64,000 bases of DNA from contig JAFGSF010000002.1 of NCBI GenBank assembly GCA_016934745.1, positions 15,972-79,971 of the forward strand, read 5' to 3'. Each line of letters opens with the position of its first letter. Position 1 is the first letter of the stretch. Both the position numbers and the translations under genes were made by a program. Of this stretch, positions 25,869 to 36,067 are shown in pieces. The stretch comes from Candidatus Aminicenantes bacterium (GTDB taxonomy: Bacteria; Acidobacteriota; Aminicenantia; UBA2199). The notes under the pieces were generated by a model. That model did not search any database. It was given only the letters and a program-made list of their open reading frames with translations, and was not told the origin of the DNA.

Positions 25869-27368
25869 ATGGAAAATTTAAACGCTTTTGTAGTAATGCT
25901 ATATTTTTTGGTTTTGTCGATCCTGGCGATTTTTGGCATGCATCGCTATTATCTGGTTTATTTGTTTTTAAAAAATAAAAAAGCAGTTCCGGAACCAAAA
26001 GGCAGATTTGCCGAGTTACCGAAAGTGACCATCCAATTGCCCATGTACAATGAAATGTATGTGGCTGAGAGATTGATTGATGCCGTGGTAAAAATGGAAT
26101 ATCCCCGCGAATTGCTGGAAATACAGGTTTTGGATGATTCAACCGACGAAACCGTGAAGATTGCTTCGCGGCGCGTCAGTTTTTATCAAAAACAGGGTCT
26201 GGATATCAGTTATCTTCACCGTGAAAATCGCGAAGGCTACAAAGCTGGAGCATTGGAACAAGGAATGAAGGTTGCCAAAGGCGAGTTCATTGCTGTTTTC
26301 GATGCCGATTTTATCCCCCACAAGCATTTTTTAACCAATACTATCCATTTTTTTACCGACCCGCAAATAGGTATGGTGCAAATGCGCTGGAGCCATTTAA
26401 ACCGCAATTTTTCTCTAATAACCAAGCTGCAGTCCATTTTTCTGGATGGCCATTTTGTGATCGAGCATACGGCCCGCAATCGATCCGGGCGTTTTTTCAA
26501 TTTCAACGGTACTGCCGGAATATGGCGGAAAATCGCCATCCATGACGGCGGTGGCTGGGAACATGACACGTTGACCGAGGATCTGGATCTGAGTTACCGG
26601 ACGCAGATGAAAGGATGGCAATTTATCTACCTACCTGAATATTCTGTGCCCGCCGAACTGCCGGTGGATATCGTGGCTTTCAAAGCCCAGCAGCATCGTT
26701 GGGCCAAGGGGTCTATCCAAACAGCCAAGAAGCTTTTGCCCAAAATATTCAAGGCGCGATTGCCCTTGCCCGTTAAAATGGAGTCATTTTTCCATTTGGC
26801 GGCCAATATAGCCTACCTGTTGATGGTGCCGCTGTCGGTCTCCATTTTGCCGGTAGTGATTTTTAGAAGGGATTTGAATTGGAACCAGATGGTAATCTAC
26901 GATGTGCCATTGTTTTTAATGGCCACGGCGTCGGTATCGGCGTTTTATATCGTTTCCCAGAAAGAATTGTATTCCGATTGGACCGCGACCTTCAAGTATC
27001 TGCCATTACTGATGGGGCTGGGTATCGGGCTTTCGGTAAACAATTCATTTGCCGTTCTAGAAGCCTTGCGCAACAAGGAATCTGAATTCGTGCGCACGCC
27101 AAAGTTTGGCATTGAAAAGAAACAGGACAGCTGGGGAACCAAGAAATACAAGGGTAACAAAAAGCTTTTGATTCCGCTGGTGGAATTTGTGCTGGGTCTA
27201 TATTTTACCATTGCCGTGATCATCTGCATCAGTGAAGGCATCTGGCTGACTTTGCCTTTCCTGATGCTCTTCCAGTATGGATATTTGTATATTTCATTCC
27301 TGTCATTTGCAACGATTTTCAAAAACAGGTTTGTTCTTAAAAAGGCCAGTGTCAGTGTTGCCCACTGA
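25869..27368 (+). CDS. Processive GT2 glycosyltransferase (cellulose-synthase-like)
   Basis: QLPMYNE, DDSTD, KAG, FDAD, TED and QxxRW (QQHRW) motifs with TM helices. Confidence 0.92.
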   Translation: MENLNAFVVMLYFLVLSILAIFGMHRYYLVYLFLKNKKAVPEPKGRFAELPKVTIQLPMYNEMYVAERLIDAVVKMEYPRELLEIQVLDDSTDETVKIASRRVSFYQKQGLDISYLHRENREGYKAGALEQGMKVAKGEFIAVFDADFIPHKHFLTNTIHFFTDPQIGMVQMRWSHLNRNFSLITKLQSIFLDGHFVIEHTARNRSGRFFNFNGTAGIWRKIAIHDGGGWEHDTLTEDLDLSYRTQMKGWQFIYLPEYSVPAELPVDIVAFKAQQHRWAKGSIQTAKKLLPKIFKARLPLPVKMESFFHLAANIAYLLMVPLSVSILPVVIFRRDLNWNQMVIYDVPLFLMATASVSAFYIVSQKELYSDWTATFKYLPLLMGLGIGLSVNNSFAVLEALRNKESEFVRTPKFGIEKKQDSWGTKKYKGNKKLLIPLVEFVLGLYFTIAVIICISEGIWLTLPFLMLFQYGYLYISFLSFATIFKNRFVLKKASVSVAH

Positions 27369-27434
27369 TTGCAGCAATTAAGGGAAGCTCGCTTGTGATG
27401 ACGGGAATATTTTCGCCCATTTTTTAAAAAAACC

Positions 27435-28478
27435 ATGAAATTCAATGCCTATTTTGCCAGATTTTTTCACCCGCAACAAAGTTTTTCCGGCAATATTCAG
27501 GTGGGTGGAGATAATGTCCAGGCAAATTTTAAAAAAATAGACGGCGATTTGTTTGTGGTTTATTTTAAAAATCAAATTGAACTCAGTTTTCTTCAAAAAA
27601 TTAATTTTAAAAATTCCAAACTCTCCATGAATGTCCTATTGCCCGTGTTGTCGCAGTACAACCAAAGAAAATTAAACAAGATTGCCGAGATACTGGCCTC
27701 GATCGACAAACAGACTTTCGGCCAGATCATTATGGCTTTACTTACCGTAGAAAAATTTTTGGAAATTGGGAATTTGCTTGGTTTTTTTATTGTTGAAAGA
27801 TGGGTGGCCATTGCCGTCCTTATCGAATTGGAGCTCGCCGCACAGGTGAAGACCATCAGTTTCAATGACTTATTCGTTACTTCCTGGAGCCACTATTCCC
27901 AAAACCTGGCGGCCTTGGAAAATGCTTTGCGGCAGGCTTATGAAAACCGGGAAAAGACATTAAAATTCAGCCAACTGGAAAAAATCATCAAAGTACCTCA
28001 CACGACACTCTATTTTAGGTACTTGCTGCGCAAGTGCAGCCAGATGTTTCCTTTTAAACTGCTTGCCAATGCCCTTATTTTTTCCCAGCTGCCCTTGGCT
28101 GCTGACGAAAAAGAGCGCATGACTGAAATCGAAAAAGTTCTGAAATCGAAAAAATTGTTGATATTTGCCATTGAAGACGTGCTGAAAAGTCTATCGCTCT
28201 CAACCAAGCAAATCAATGATGCCTTGTGGTACATGGTTCACGAAGAGAAATTCATGCAATTAAATGAGAGATATTTTATTTTCAATGAAGAATATGCAAA
28301 AATAGTCAATCGTTTAAAAAAATTCGTAAGGAATCAAGGGGATATCATTACCATTGATGATTTGCGAAATATTACTGCTTATTCACGAAAGTATATCATT
28401 ATTTTATTTGAGTATCTGGATAGTCAAAACATCACTCAGCGAATCGGGAATAAAAGAAAAATATTACTGGGTGCTTGA
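27435..28478 (+). CDS. SelB C-terminal winged-helix protein lacking the GTPase domain
   Basis: C-terminal SRKYIIILFEYLD...T.R.GNKR matches the last SelB winged helix; no P-loop or NKxD. Confidence 0.75.
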   Translation: MKFNAYFARFFHPQQSFSGNIQVGGDNVQANFKKIDGDLFVVYFKNQIELSFLQKINFKNSKLSMNVLLPVLSQYNQRKLNKIAEILASIDKQTFGQIIMALLTVEKFLEIGNLLGFFIVERWVAIAVLIELELAAQVKTISFNDLFVTSWSHYSQNLAALENALRQAYENREKTLKFSQLEKIIKVPHTTLYFRYLLRKCSQMFPFKLLANALIFSQLPLAADEKERMTEIEKVLKSKKLLIFAIEDVLKSLSLSTKQINDALWYMVHEEKFMQLNERYFIFNEEYAKIVNRLKKFVRNQGDIITIDDLRNITAYSRKYIIILFEYLDSQNITQRIGNKRKILLGA

Positions 28479-29483
28479 TCAGGAAGTTTCTATTCCCAAG
28501 CGGATTTTTGCGGCGTTTAGAATATCATTAAACGCCTTTTCCTGTTCGGCTTGTGGCTGACCCTTGGTTTTCTCAAACAAAACAAGATGCTGAAGTAACT
28601 TCAAAGCATCAGGGGAATACTTTTCATCATTAAGCAGGCTGGCTTCGGCCAGGTAATTCATCGCACTGTCAATATCAATTTTGTTGAGTAAAACTCCAAG
28701 GTCGTAAGCTACCTTGGCGTTGTTTTTCATTTGGTAGGAAGCCTTCAAGTTCTCAATGGCCTTTTCCTGATTTTTGAGTCGTGCGTACCACATTCCCAGC
28801 ATTTTGTAATAATCGGCATTGGGTTTATTTTGGTTAATGGCTTCGATACCGCGAATGGCGTCTTCCACCCTTTGGCTCTTGAGCATGCGCTCGCTGAAGA
28901 CCAAGACAAAATTGGCCGATTTGTCGGACTTGTCCAATTGATAGGCTTCGATAGATTTGTTTAAAGCGTTTACGGCGTTTTGCGGATCTTCGGGCTTGGC
29001 AGCCAGTAATTGCACTTGAATCCGCAGGGCCGGGGCAACATAGTTGATGTCGATAGCCGCGGAACTCTGGTTTTCAGTGCGTATTGATTTGCCTAGTTCA
29101 ATCAGCGCATCGGCATAACTGTAGGCTTTAGCAGCGTCTTTTTTTGTCAAATTAAAGGCATTGGCCAAATACAGAAGCAAACGCAATCTGTTTTGGGAAT
29201 CCAAATCCTTGTAAATTAATGCTTTTTCTCCATACTGGATAGTTTTTTCGAATTGTTGAAGTTGATAGGCCGTGTCTGCCAGACTTAAATACATATATAT
29301 GGCGTTTCTTTCATCTTTATCGCCATAGGTGTTGTAATATTCTTCAAGTTTTTCCAATCTGGCTTGGAGGTTTTTTTCATCCTGGATGGCAATCCAGGCA
29401 TCGGTTTGAGCCTTGCTCATGATAGGTAATAACAGCGCTCCGCTGACTATGATTAATAGGGTGAAAATCACAACTTTTTTCAT
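28479..29483 (-). CDS. Exported TPR-like helical repeat protein
   Basis: Signal peptide or anchor; repeated amphipathic helix pairs (Y..LG..Y...AI). Confidence 0.7.
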   Translation of the reverse strand: MKKVVIFTLLIIVSGALLLPIMSKAQTDAWIAIQDEKNLQARLEKLEEYYNTYGDKDERNAIYMYLSLADTAYQLQQFEKTIQYGEKALIYKDLDSQNRLRLLLYLANAFNLTKKDAAKAYSYADALIELGKSIRTENQSSAAIDINYVAPALRIQVQLLAAKPEDPQNAVNALNKSIEAYQLDKSDKSANFVLVFSERMLKSQRVEDAIRGIEAINQNKPNADYYKMLGMWYARLKNQEKAIENLKASYQMKNNAKVAYDLGVLLNKIDIDSAMNYLAEASLLNDEKYSPDALKLLQHLVLFEKTKGQPQAEQEKAFNDILNAAKIRLGIETS

Positions 29484-29612
29484 GGTGCATTCCTCCATTC
29501 TAATTTGGAATTGAGAAATAATTATAAATAATTTTCACTGACAATGTCAAGTATTTTATCAAAAAGCACCGATGTGGCATTTGACTTAATTTTTGTTAGT
29601 CGGTAAAATGTC

Positions 29613-30926
29613 ATGGTGATCAAGAAAGGTATTTATTGTTTTCTTTTTATATCGCTCTTTACCCCCGTTTTTTGTCAAACAATCAACATCACTTCTTTCG
29701 AATTGCCCAATGGCTTGAAAGTCATCCTGTCCCCCAGCGACGACATGCAGGCGGCTGCGGTCTGTATTTACAACATGAATGGGGCCAGGCATGATTTGGC
29801 TGACAATCGCGGCATATCTTATCTATTTCAATATTTAATGTTTAATGGCAACGAGAACCTGGAATCCTACGACCATGTTTTATTTATCAACAAGATGGGC
29901 GGAATCGTCAGCGGCCGGGTAAGCCATGACAATTCGGTTTTCTGTGATGTATTACCAGCGTCAGAAATTAACGTGGCTCTATGGCTGGAAAGCGAGCGCT
30001 TAAAAAGCCTGCGCCTTGACGACGCAAGTATCAATTACCAAAAAAACCAAATATTCAATCGCATCAACAGACTGGGGGAAGCAAGCCTCAATTTTAGAGC
30101 GCAAACTTGGATCAATTCCAGGGTTTTCGATGGTTTGCCTTATGCCCAGCCCCTATATGGCGATTTGAATAAAATTCGGAATCTCAATAATGACCAGATC
30201 AGGGAAAGCTATCAAAAATTTCAAAATTTGTCCAATATTTTGCTGATTATAGCCGGGAAATTTGATATCAATGAATTAAAGGCCGGAATCAATAAATATT
30301 TTCAAAACATTCCACCCGGAAAGAAATCCCAGGAGGTCATTGCGAATATTTCCACGCCTCATAGCTCTTTCTCGGTGAAGAACTGGGTCCTGCCAGGATT
30401 GAAAAATAATTTTTCTTTTTTTGCAATCAAGTCTCCGGGGAAAATTAATTATGATTTTTTGTATTTTGATTTTTTGCGCTATTACTTGACCGATCCGCGC
30501 CTTTCACATCTGGATTATATGATTAACAAGGTGAATAAATTGAATGTTGAAATAGAAGCGACATACACCGATTATTTCGAGGCCAATGTGTTGACCATCC
30601 AAATGTCCTGCCCTGAACGCATTAATCTTGAAAAGGCCAAATATATACTTCAGCAAGAATTCATGGCCTTGACCACGAAATTGATTAATAATGCGGATTT
30701 TAGGGCGGTCCGTTCCTTGATGGAAATCGACTTTAACAAAAACACGTACTCATTGGAGGACAGGTGCCTGCGCATCGGCGAATTTTATCACATGTTTGGT
30801 GAACTTAATTTCTTTGATGCGTATCTGAGACGTTTGCGTAGGGTTTCATTATACGATATTTTGGAAAGCGCCAAAAAATATCTGAAAAAAGAAAATCAGG
30901 TTATTTTAAATGTCTATGGCGAATAA
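29613..30926 (+). CDS. M16 peptidase-family protein, predicted inactive
   Basis: LPNGLKVIL, ALWLESER; HxxEH replaced by YLFQY; start may be GTG 29616. Confidence 0.85.
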   Translation: MVIKKGIYCFLFISLFTPVFCQTINITSFELPNGLKVILSPSDDMQAAAVCIYNMNGARHDLADNRGISYLFQYLMFNGNENLESYDHVLFINKMGGIVSGRVSHDNSVFCDVLPASEINVALWLESERLKSLRLDDASINYQKNQIFNRINRLGEASLNFRAQTWINSRVFDGLPYAQPLYGDLNKIRNLNNDQIRESYQKFQNLSNILLIIAGKFDINELKAGINKYFQNIPPGKKSQEVIANISTPHSSFSVKNWVLPGLKNNFSFFAIKSPGKINYDFLYFDFLRYYLTDPRLSHLDYMINKVNKLNVEIEATYTDYFEANVLTIQMSCPERINLEKAKYILQQEFMALTTKLINNADFRAVRSLMEIDFNKNTYSLEDRCLRIGEFYHMFGELNFFDAYLRRLRRVSLYDILESAKKYLKKENQVILNVYGE

Positions 30927-32325
30927 ATTTTTGTCTGTCGGAAAATCCTCGCAGTGGCTGATCGCAGGACTCTTTATTTTCTATGGTATTGCGCATCTGG
31001 GTGCAGATACGCGGCAGTTTTCATTGTCTACGGCCAAGGGATTTCCCATTCGAGTATTGCAGGACAATGAGATGCATTTTGTTCATGCTGAGCTATTTAT
31101 TTTCCTGGACAGCAGTACGCAAAATTACAATTCCCTGATAATCTCTCAGTTGACCATATTGAATATGTTTGCCCGGGAATTAAATTCGCCATCATCCAAC
31201 CTGCTGGACTCGCTTTTAAGGCTGGGCAATGATTATCAGGTTGAACAAACCCCTGAGTATATAAAATTGAGTATTAATTTTCTTCCCGACCGGCTTGCCA
31301 GTTTTACCAAAGTGCTTCGGGATATTTTCACCTACCAGTCCTTTCATTTAAATAAATTCAACCTAAGCAAGGCCAAATATTGGTCATTTTTTGTGAAAAA
31401 CAGGGATTGGAAAAAAGACATTGCTTTTTTGTTGGCTTACCAGCAGATCGTCGGCAATTTTTATTTCAGCCAGGGCTTGGTAATCCAGGAATTCATCAAT
31501 GGAATCAATTTGGCCCAATTGCGGTCATTTCATCTGAAAACTTTCAGAATTGACAACTCCCTACTCATCATCAAGGGTAATGTAAATCCTTATATCGTTT
31601 TGGGTCTGCTTGAGAAGGATTTGCCCGTTTTGGCCCGAACGCCGGCAAAAAGCAAAAAAGAGGCTATCAAAATCCACTCGGGCCGCAAGATATTTGTGCT
31701 GAACAATAACGTTTCCGATTACCCGATGATTTACTGGTTTGATGTGGCTCCACCATTGACTGATGTCAACTACCTGCCATTTTTTATCGGCAATTTCGCA
31801 TTGTTCGGTTTCCCCGGAGGGAGAATTTATCAGTCCGAAAGGAGTCAGGTTTTACTGGGTGGCTACAAAGTCAGTACGGATATCTATTCATTAAAGAATT
31901 TCACTGTTTTCTGCAACTACTTGCGATTGAACTATGCTGATTTGGAAAACTTCCTGTTACTGGTTGATCAAGAAAGAAAAAAGTTTTCCGTACGCTCTAT
32001 TGTCAGAAAAGAGTATCTGGATGCCTTGAATTATTACCTCGGCCGGGCTCAAGTGGAAACAGGCAATTATGCTTATGGAATGCAGCAAATGCTTGACCGT
32101 TACCAAACCCCACCGGCTTCCCCGCTTCCATCGGCACGAAATTCAGAATCAGCGCGCGAAGTGACGTTTGAACGGGTCGTGCAGGTGATGGATACCCTGA
32201 TGGGTTATAAACACAAAACAGGTATCCGTGAAAGGGGCATCATTGTTCTGATCGGAAATGCCAATTTGATTATTAATAATTTGAAAATATTGAAAACGGA
32301 TGTTGTTGAATTACGAATGGATTGA
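30910..32325 (+). CDS. Divergent M16-like second subunit, exported
   Basis: Overlaps the upstream M16 gene; signal peptide; I...QLRSFH..F...NSLLIIKGN pattern; no HxxEH. Confidence 0.6.
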   Translation: MSMANKFLSVGKSSQWLIAGLFIFYGIAHLGADTRQFSLSTAKGFPIRVLQDNEMHFVHAELFIFLDSSTQNYNSLIISQLTILNMFARELNSPSSNLLDSLLRLGNDYQVEQTPEYIKLSINFLPDRLASFTKVLRDIFTYQSFHLNKFNLSKAKYWSFFVKNRDWKKDIAFLLAYQQIVGNFYFSQGLVIQEFINGINLAQLRSFHLKTFRIDNSLLIIKGNVNPYIVLGLLEKDLPVLARTPAKSKKEAIKIHSGRKIFVLNNNVSDYPMIYWFDVAPPLTDVNYLPFFIGNFALFGFPGGRIYQSERSQVLLGGYKVSTDIYSLKNFTVFCNYLRLNYADLENFLLLVDQERKKFSVRSIVRKEYLDALNYYLGRAQVETGNYAYGMQQMLDRYQTPPASPLPSARNSESAREVTFERVVQVMDTLMGYKHKTGIRERGIIVLIGNANLIINNLKILKTDVVELRMD

Positions 32326-32329
32326 ATCA

Positions 32330-32401
32330 AGGCGGCGACCGGATTTGAACCGATGAATAACGCTTTTGCAGAGCGCTGCCTTACCACTTGGCTACGCCGC
32401 C
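32330..32401 (-). tRNA. tRNA-Cys(GCA)
   Basis: GGCGGCG/CGCCGCC acceptor stem, CT-GCA-AA loop, GGTTCAAATCC, U discriminator. Confidence 0.95.
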
Positions 32402-32403
32402 AA

Positions 32404-32478
32404 TGGAGCGGGAAACGGGATTTGAACCCGCAACATCAACCTTGGCAAGGTTGCGCTCTACCATTGAGCTATTCCCGC
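32404..32478 (-). tRNA. tRNA-Gly(GCC)
   Basis: GCGGGAA/TTCCCGC stem, TT-GCC-AA loop, encoded CCA; TTGACA-17-TATCCT promoter at 32489-32517. Confidence 0.96.
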
Positions 32479-32611
32479 TCTTGCCATAAGGATAATCGAA
32501 ATTGTAATTTTTGTCAAGAGGCGCCACCTGGCGCCACCTGGCCGCCATGAACGACCCCGGCACCAAACATCCGGTAGCTTCCACGTGTGGCAAGCAAAGA
32601 AATTCTGGATT

Positions 32612-33055
32612 CTATTTGCAGGTCGGCTGGAGAAGGATCGCCAATTCTGGCGGCAGGCAGGGGCGGCCCTTCTCATTTAATGCCGCGCCAGTCGTCCGGG
32701 CAGATAAAACCAGTCGCTGATCGGAGGAACGGAAAATATCCTGCAAGAAAACGAAACGAATGGGAGAAATGCGTTCCAGGTTCAACCCAATCCAAAATTC
32801 GTCTCTGCTCCGCAATGAAGTCTTGTAATCCAGTTCGGCCCGGACTACGACCAAAAAAATCCTTTCCTGCGTAAGCTTGTTAAAATCGATGCCCCTGGAA
32901 AGCAGGAATTCGTGGCGGCCGTGTTCTAGGTAATTCTGATAGATCGCGTTGTTGACAATACCCTGCATATCGCATTCATAATCGCGAACTTTTAAGTCTA
33001 TTGTGAAGATATAATCAGTTTTCCGCTTCAAGTCAATTCCGGGGCGGAGTTTCAT
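32612..33055 (-). CDS. Hotdog-fold acyl-CoA thioesterase (YbgC/FadM-like)
   Basis: VRDYECDMQGIVNNAIY.NYLE.GR. Confidence 0.9.
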   Translation of the reverse strand: MKLRPGIDLKRKTDYIFTIDLKVRDYECDMQGIVNNAIYQNYLEHGRHEFLLSRGIDFNKLTQERIFLVVVRAELDYKTSLRSRDEFWIGLNLERISPIRFVFLQDIFRSSDQRLVLSARTTGAALNEKGRPCLPPELAILLQPTCK

Positions 33056-33059
33056 GAGA

Positions 33060-33581
33060 CTAGGATGTTTTCCCGTGCGGATAGGAATGTTCGGCCGAGT
33101 GCAGCATCAGATCGGCAAACATCTGTGCATCTTCCAAGTCGGCCGTATCGGGATGACCGCTCGCACTTTGGGCTTCAATAGCCCAGGTCCGCTCTTGCGG
33201 TTTTTCCATCCATTCATCGAGCAAGTGGAATTCCACCTGGCCACGGCAGCCGAATGTCCCGAGAATAGTTTGTCCCTTGGCCAGACTCAATGCTTCGAAA
33301 AAAGCGGTAATTGCTTTTTCGCCGCCACGCAGAGAAGCATGGGTGGCAAATATGGCTATAATTTTTCCAAGCGGGATGCTTTTTATAAAACGGTTCATTG
33401 CCGGGGGAACACCATGGTGCAGGACCGGAAAGCCGCAGAAAATAAAGTCGAAATTACCCAGATTATCAACTTCATCTATGGGTAACAGTGTTTTCTGGTT
33501 ATGATGGATGCCGGAAAATATCGCTTCGGCTACTTTGCGGGTGTTGCCGGTTTGGGAATAATAGGTGACCAGAATGTTCAT
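33060..33581 (-). CDS. Flavodoxin family protein
   Basis: YYSQTGNTRKVAEAI, F.C.G, HPD..D; AAGGAGG before ATG 33581. Confidence 0.85.
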   Translation of the reverse strand: MNILVTYYSQTGNTRKVAEAIFSGIHHNQKTLLPIDEVDNLGNFDFIFCGFPVLHHGVPPAMNRFIKSIPLGKIIAIFATHASLRGGEKAITAFFEALSLAKGQTILGTFGCRGQVEFHLLDEWMEKPQERTWAIEAQSASGHPDTADLEDAQMFADLMLHSAEHSYPHGKTS

Positions 33582-33658
33582 GTTTCCTCCTTGCCGGGGG
33601 AATTGTAGCGGATTCCAGGCATAAAGTCCAGAACAGGCAGAATCACGCCTATAGACCA

Positions 33659-34579
33659 TCAGGATGAAATTCGCAGCTCGTTTGTTTCCATGGCAATAGG
33701 CTTGCGACGCAAGGCCAATACGATTCCGGCCAAAATCAGCAACGCAGCAAATGTTTTAATCCCAGAGGGCATTTCACCCAAAAAAACAAATGCCAGGACG
33801 GCGGCACCGATGGGTTCGCCCAGAGTCGCAATGGCTACGTAAGCGGCCGGCAAATGACCCAAAGCCCAATTAAAAGAAGAATGTCCCAACAGTTGAGGCA
33901 ATAGTGCCAGCAATAAAAACCATCCATAGGTAGCCGGCTTGAATCCGGTCAAGGGTTGTCCGAACAGAATTGCGGCGACCAGCAGGAATAAAGCTGCCGA
34001 TCCGTATACGAGTGTCACGTAAGGGATTAGAGAGAAGTCGCGGCGGAGACGACGGCCGACCAGCCAGTAGCCGCTTACGGCCAGAGCCCCGGCCAGGGCC
34101 AAGGCATTTCCCAGATAAGGGTGTGAAGAAATGGGAGCTTGGGATTCAGCCAGGCTAATAACAATGCTGCCGCACATTGCCAGCGCCAGGCCGATCAAAA
34201 TGGAAGGGGTCAGGGGTTCGCGCCAGAACATCCATGCAATCAGGGCGACCCAAAGCGGCGACGTGGAAACCAGTACCACGGAGCTCGCTACGGACGTGTA
34301 TTCCAAGGAGGAAATCCAGGTGGCGAAATGGATGGCCAGAAAAAAGCCGGAGACAAGGAACCAGGGCCATGGTCCTGTTATTATCCGGTGCAACTCCGCG
34401 CGGTACCGCAGCCAGGCCAGCGGCAGTAACAGCATGGTGGCGATGAAGAGACGGAAGGCGGCAATGACAATAGACGGGGCATCGGCCTGGGCAAAACGCG
34501 CAAAAATCGAGCCCGACGAAACCGCGGCAATGCCTACGATCAAGGCCATCCGCGGCGAAGGAGCAAGGTGTTTACTCAT
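33659..34579 (-). CDS. EamA/DMT family transporter
   Basis: About 10 TM helices, AAFRL, SL.YTSVAS, EPIGAA. Confidence 0.9.
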   Translation of the reverse strand: MSKHLAPSPRMALIVGIAAVSSGSIFARFAQADAPSIVIAAFRLFIATMLLLPLAWLRYRAELHRIITGPWPWFLVSGFFLAIHFATWISSLEYTSVASSVVLVSTSPLWVALIAWMFWREPLTPSILIGLALAMCGSIVISLAESQAPISSHPYLGNALALAGALAVSGYWLVGRRLRRDFSLIPYVTLVYGSAALFLLVAAILFGQPLTGFKPATYGWFLLLALLPQLLGHSSFNWALGHLPAAYVAIATLGEPIGAAVLAFVFLGEMPSGIKTFAALLILAGIVLALRRKPIAMETNELRISS

Positions 34580-34631
34580 CACTCGACTTCCACTACCCGA
34601 TTGATTAATTTTATTGCGGCGGCAGTCATAT

Positions 34632-35033
34632 TTAAAAATCCGGGAAAGGTTTATTGATCCATGAGGTGCAAATAGCCTGGTAGCTTTCTTGCAATTGAGG
34701 GTCGCTGACCGGCAGCTGGCGCGCTTGTTTTTCCAGTTTCTTTCCCAGATTGGCAGCGACCAGGATGCTGCCGTTAAGGGCAAGAATCAGCAGCAGCCCC
34801 GCCTGTCCACTAGCCAGGATATAAATGCCCAAGACCATTCCGGCTAAAAGAAAAACCAATTGCAGCAATGCCTGAATCATGTGCCGGCGGACCAAGGCAG
34901 CGAAATTCTGCAGGTCAATCGGGCTGTTTATGGAATGTGTCCCGGACAGGAATGTTTTCAAACTGACGGTCCCCATCAGCATGTTTATAAACGCCAGCGC
35001 AAAAACCATGGTTAGCAAAGATACTGGATTCAT
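34632..35033 (-). CDS. Hypothetical membrane protein
   Basis: Three hydrophobic segments; GGAG RBS; ends W..KPFPDF. Confidence 0.6.
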   Translation of the reverse strand: MNPVSLLTMVFALAFINMLMGTVSLKTFLSGTHSINSPIDLQNFAALVRRHMIQALLQLVFLLAGMVLGIYILASGQAGLLLILALNGSILVAANLGKKLEKQARQLPVSDPQLQESYQAICTSWINKPFPDF

Positions 35034-35112
35034 GCGGTTATCTCCGGTTTAAATTTTTTTATCCATCTTCATTTTTATCCAAGTGCGAAAAGATTGGCAC
35101 AGTTTCCCCGGT

Positions 35113-35952
35113 TCAGCCAACGCGCAAAGAGGTCATGGTCATGGCACCGGCCAGGAATTTGTTGTTGAAGTAAGTGACTTTTTCACCTTTCTCCCTGACG
35201 GCAAGAACATACAACAGCGGTAAAAAATGTTCTGCTGAGGGTATGGCCAATCGCACCGCATCGCCCAAGGAATGGTAATCAACCAGTTTTTCATGTTGTT
35301 CTGCATCGATGAGTTTCTTGAACAAATTACTGGCTTCAATTGCCCAGGGAAAGCCGAACGGCTGGTTATAATCTCGAAATCCGTTGCCTTGGACTTCAAC
35401 GAGGCCGATATTGTGAACCATGTTGCCGCTACCTAGAATAAGAATATCCTTGTCCCGCAAGTGAGCCAGATCGCGGCCGATAGCAAAGTGTTCTTTGGCC
35501 GCGCGGGTGTAATCCAGGCTGATCTGGACCACCGGCAGGTCAGCTGCGGGAAACATCCTTCGCAGCACGCTCCAGCATCCGTGATCGAGGCCCCAATCCA
35601 GGTCAAAGCTGATTTCGCTGGCGGTTATGGATTTACGGATTTCCCCGGCCAGCCAGGTGCTGCCAACGGCTGGATACTGCACCCGGTAGAGTTCCGGTGG
35701 AAAACCGCCGAAATCGTGGATGGTGCGCGGTTGTTCCATGGCCGTGACCAATGTGCCCCAGGTTTGCCAGTGAGCTGAAATGCAGAGAATGGCCTTGGGT
35801 TTGGGCAGCGACTTCACCAATTTCTGCCAGTGACGCGAAAACTCGTTATCCTCGACGGCGTTCATCGGGCTGCCGTGACCGATGAACAGCGCTGGCATGC
35901 GCTGGGTTTTGTCCTTGGGATCTTTTTTCGATTTATCGACTTTGTTTTTCAA
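35113..35952 (-). CDS. ygiD: 4,5-DOPA extradiol dioxygenase (LigB fold)
   Basis: FIGHGSPMN, ISAHW, DFGGFP, GLDHG.W, GSGN.VHN, EHFLPL. Confidence 0.9.
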   Translation of the reverse strand: MKNKVDKSKKDPKDKTQRMPALFIGHGSPMNAVEDNEFSRHWQKLVKSLPKPKAILCISAHWQTWGTLVTAMEQPRTIHDFGGFPPELYRVQYPAVGSTWLAGEIRKSITASEISFDLDWGLDHGCWSVLRRMFPAADLPVVQISLDYTRAAKEHFAIGRDLAHLRDKDILILGSGNMVHNIGLVEVQGNGFRDYNQPFGFPWAIEASNLFKKLIDAEQHEKLVDYHSLGDAVRLAIPSAEHFLPLLYVLAVREKGEKVTYFNNKFLAGAMTMTSLRVG

Positions 35953-36067
35953 TGTGACCCCCTGCGTCTCGGGTATATCGATTTATACTATAATTTAAAA
36001 ATTTAAAAAAATCCATATTCAGCCTTTCATTCTAATTAGAAGACCATTTCTTTTATTTGAGTATTCT

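Noticed and set aside
27435-28478. A selenoprotein or SECIS target near the SelB-like gene
   Set aside because: I found no in-frame UGA with continuing homology in neighbouring genes by eye.
32521-32541. Tandem 10-mer GCGCCACCTG x2
   Set aside because: Only two copies with no spacers; not CRISPR-like and no evident function.
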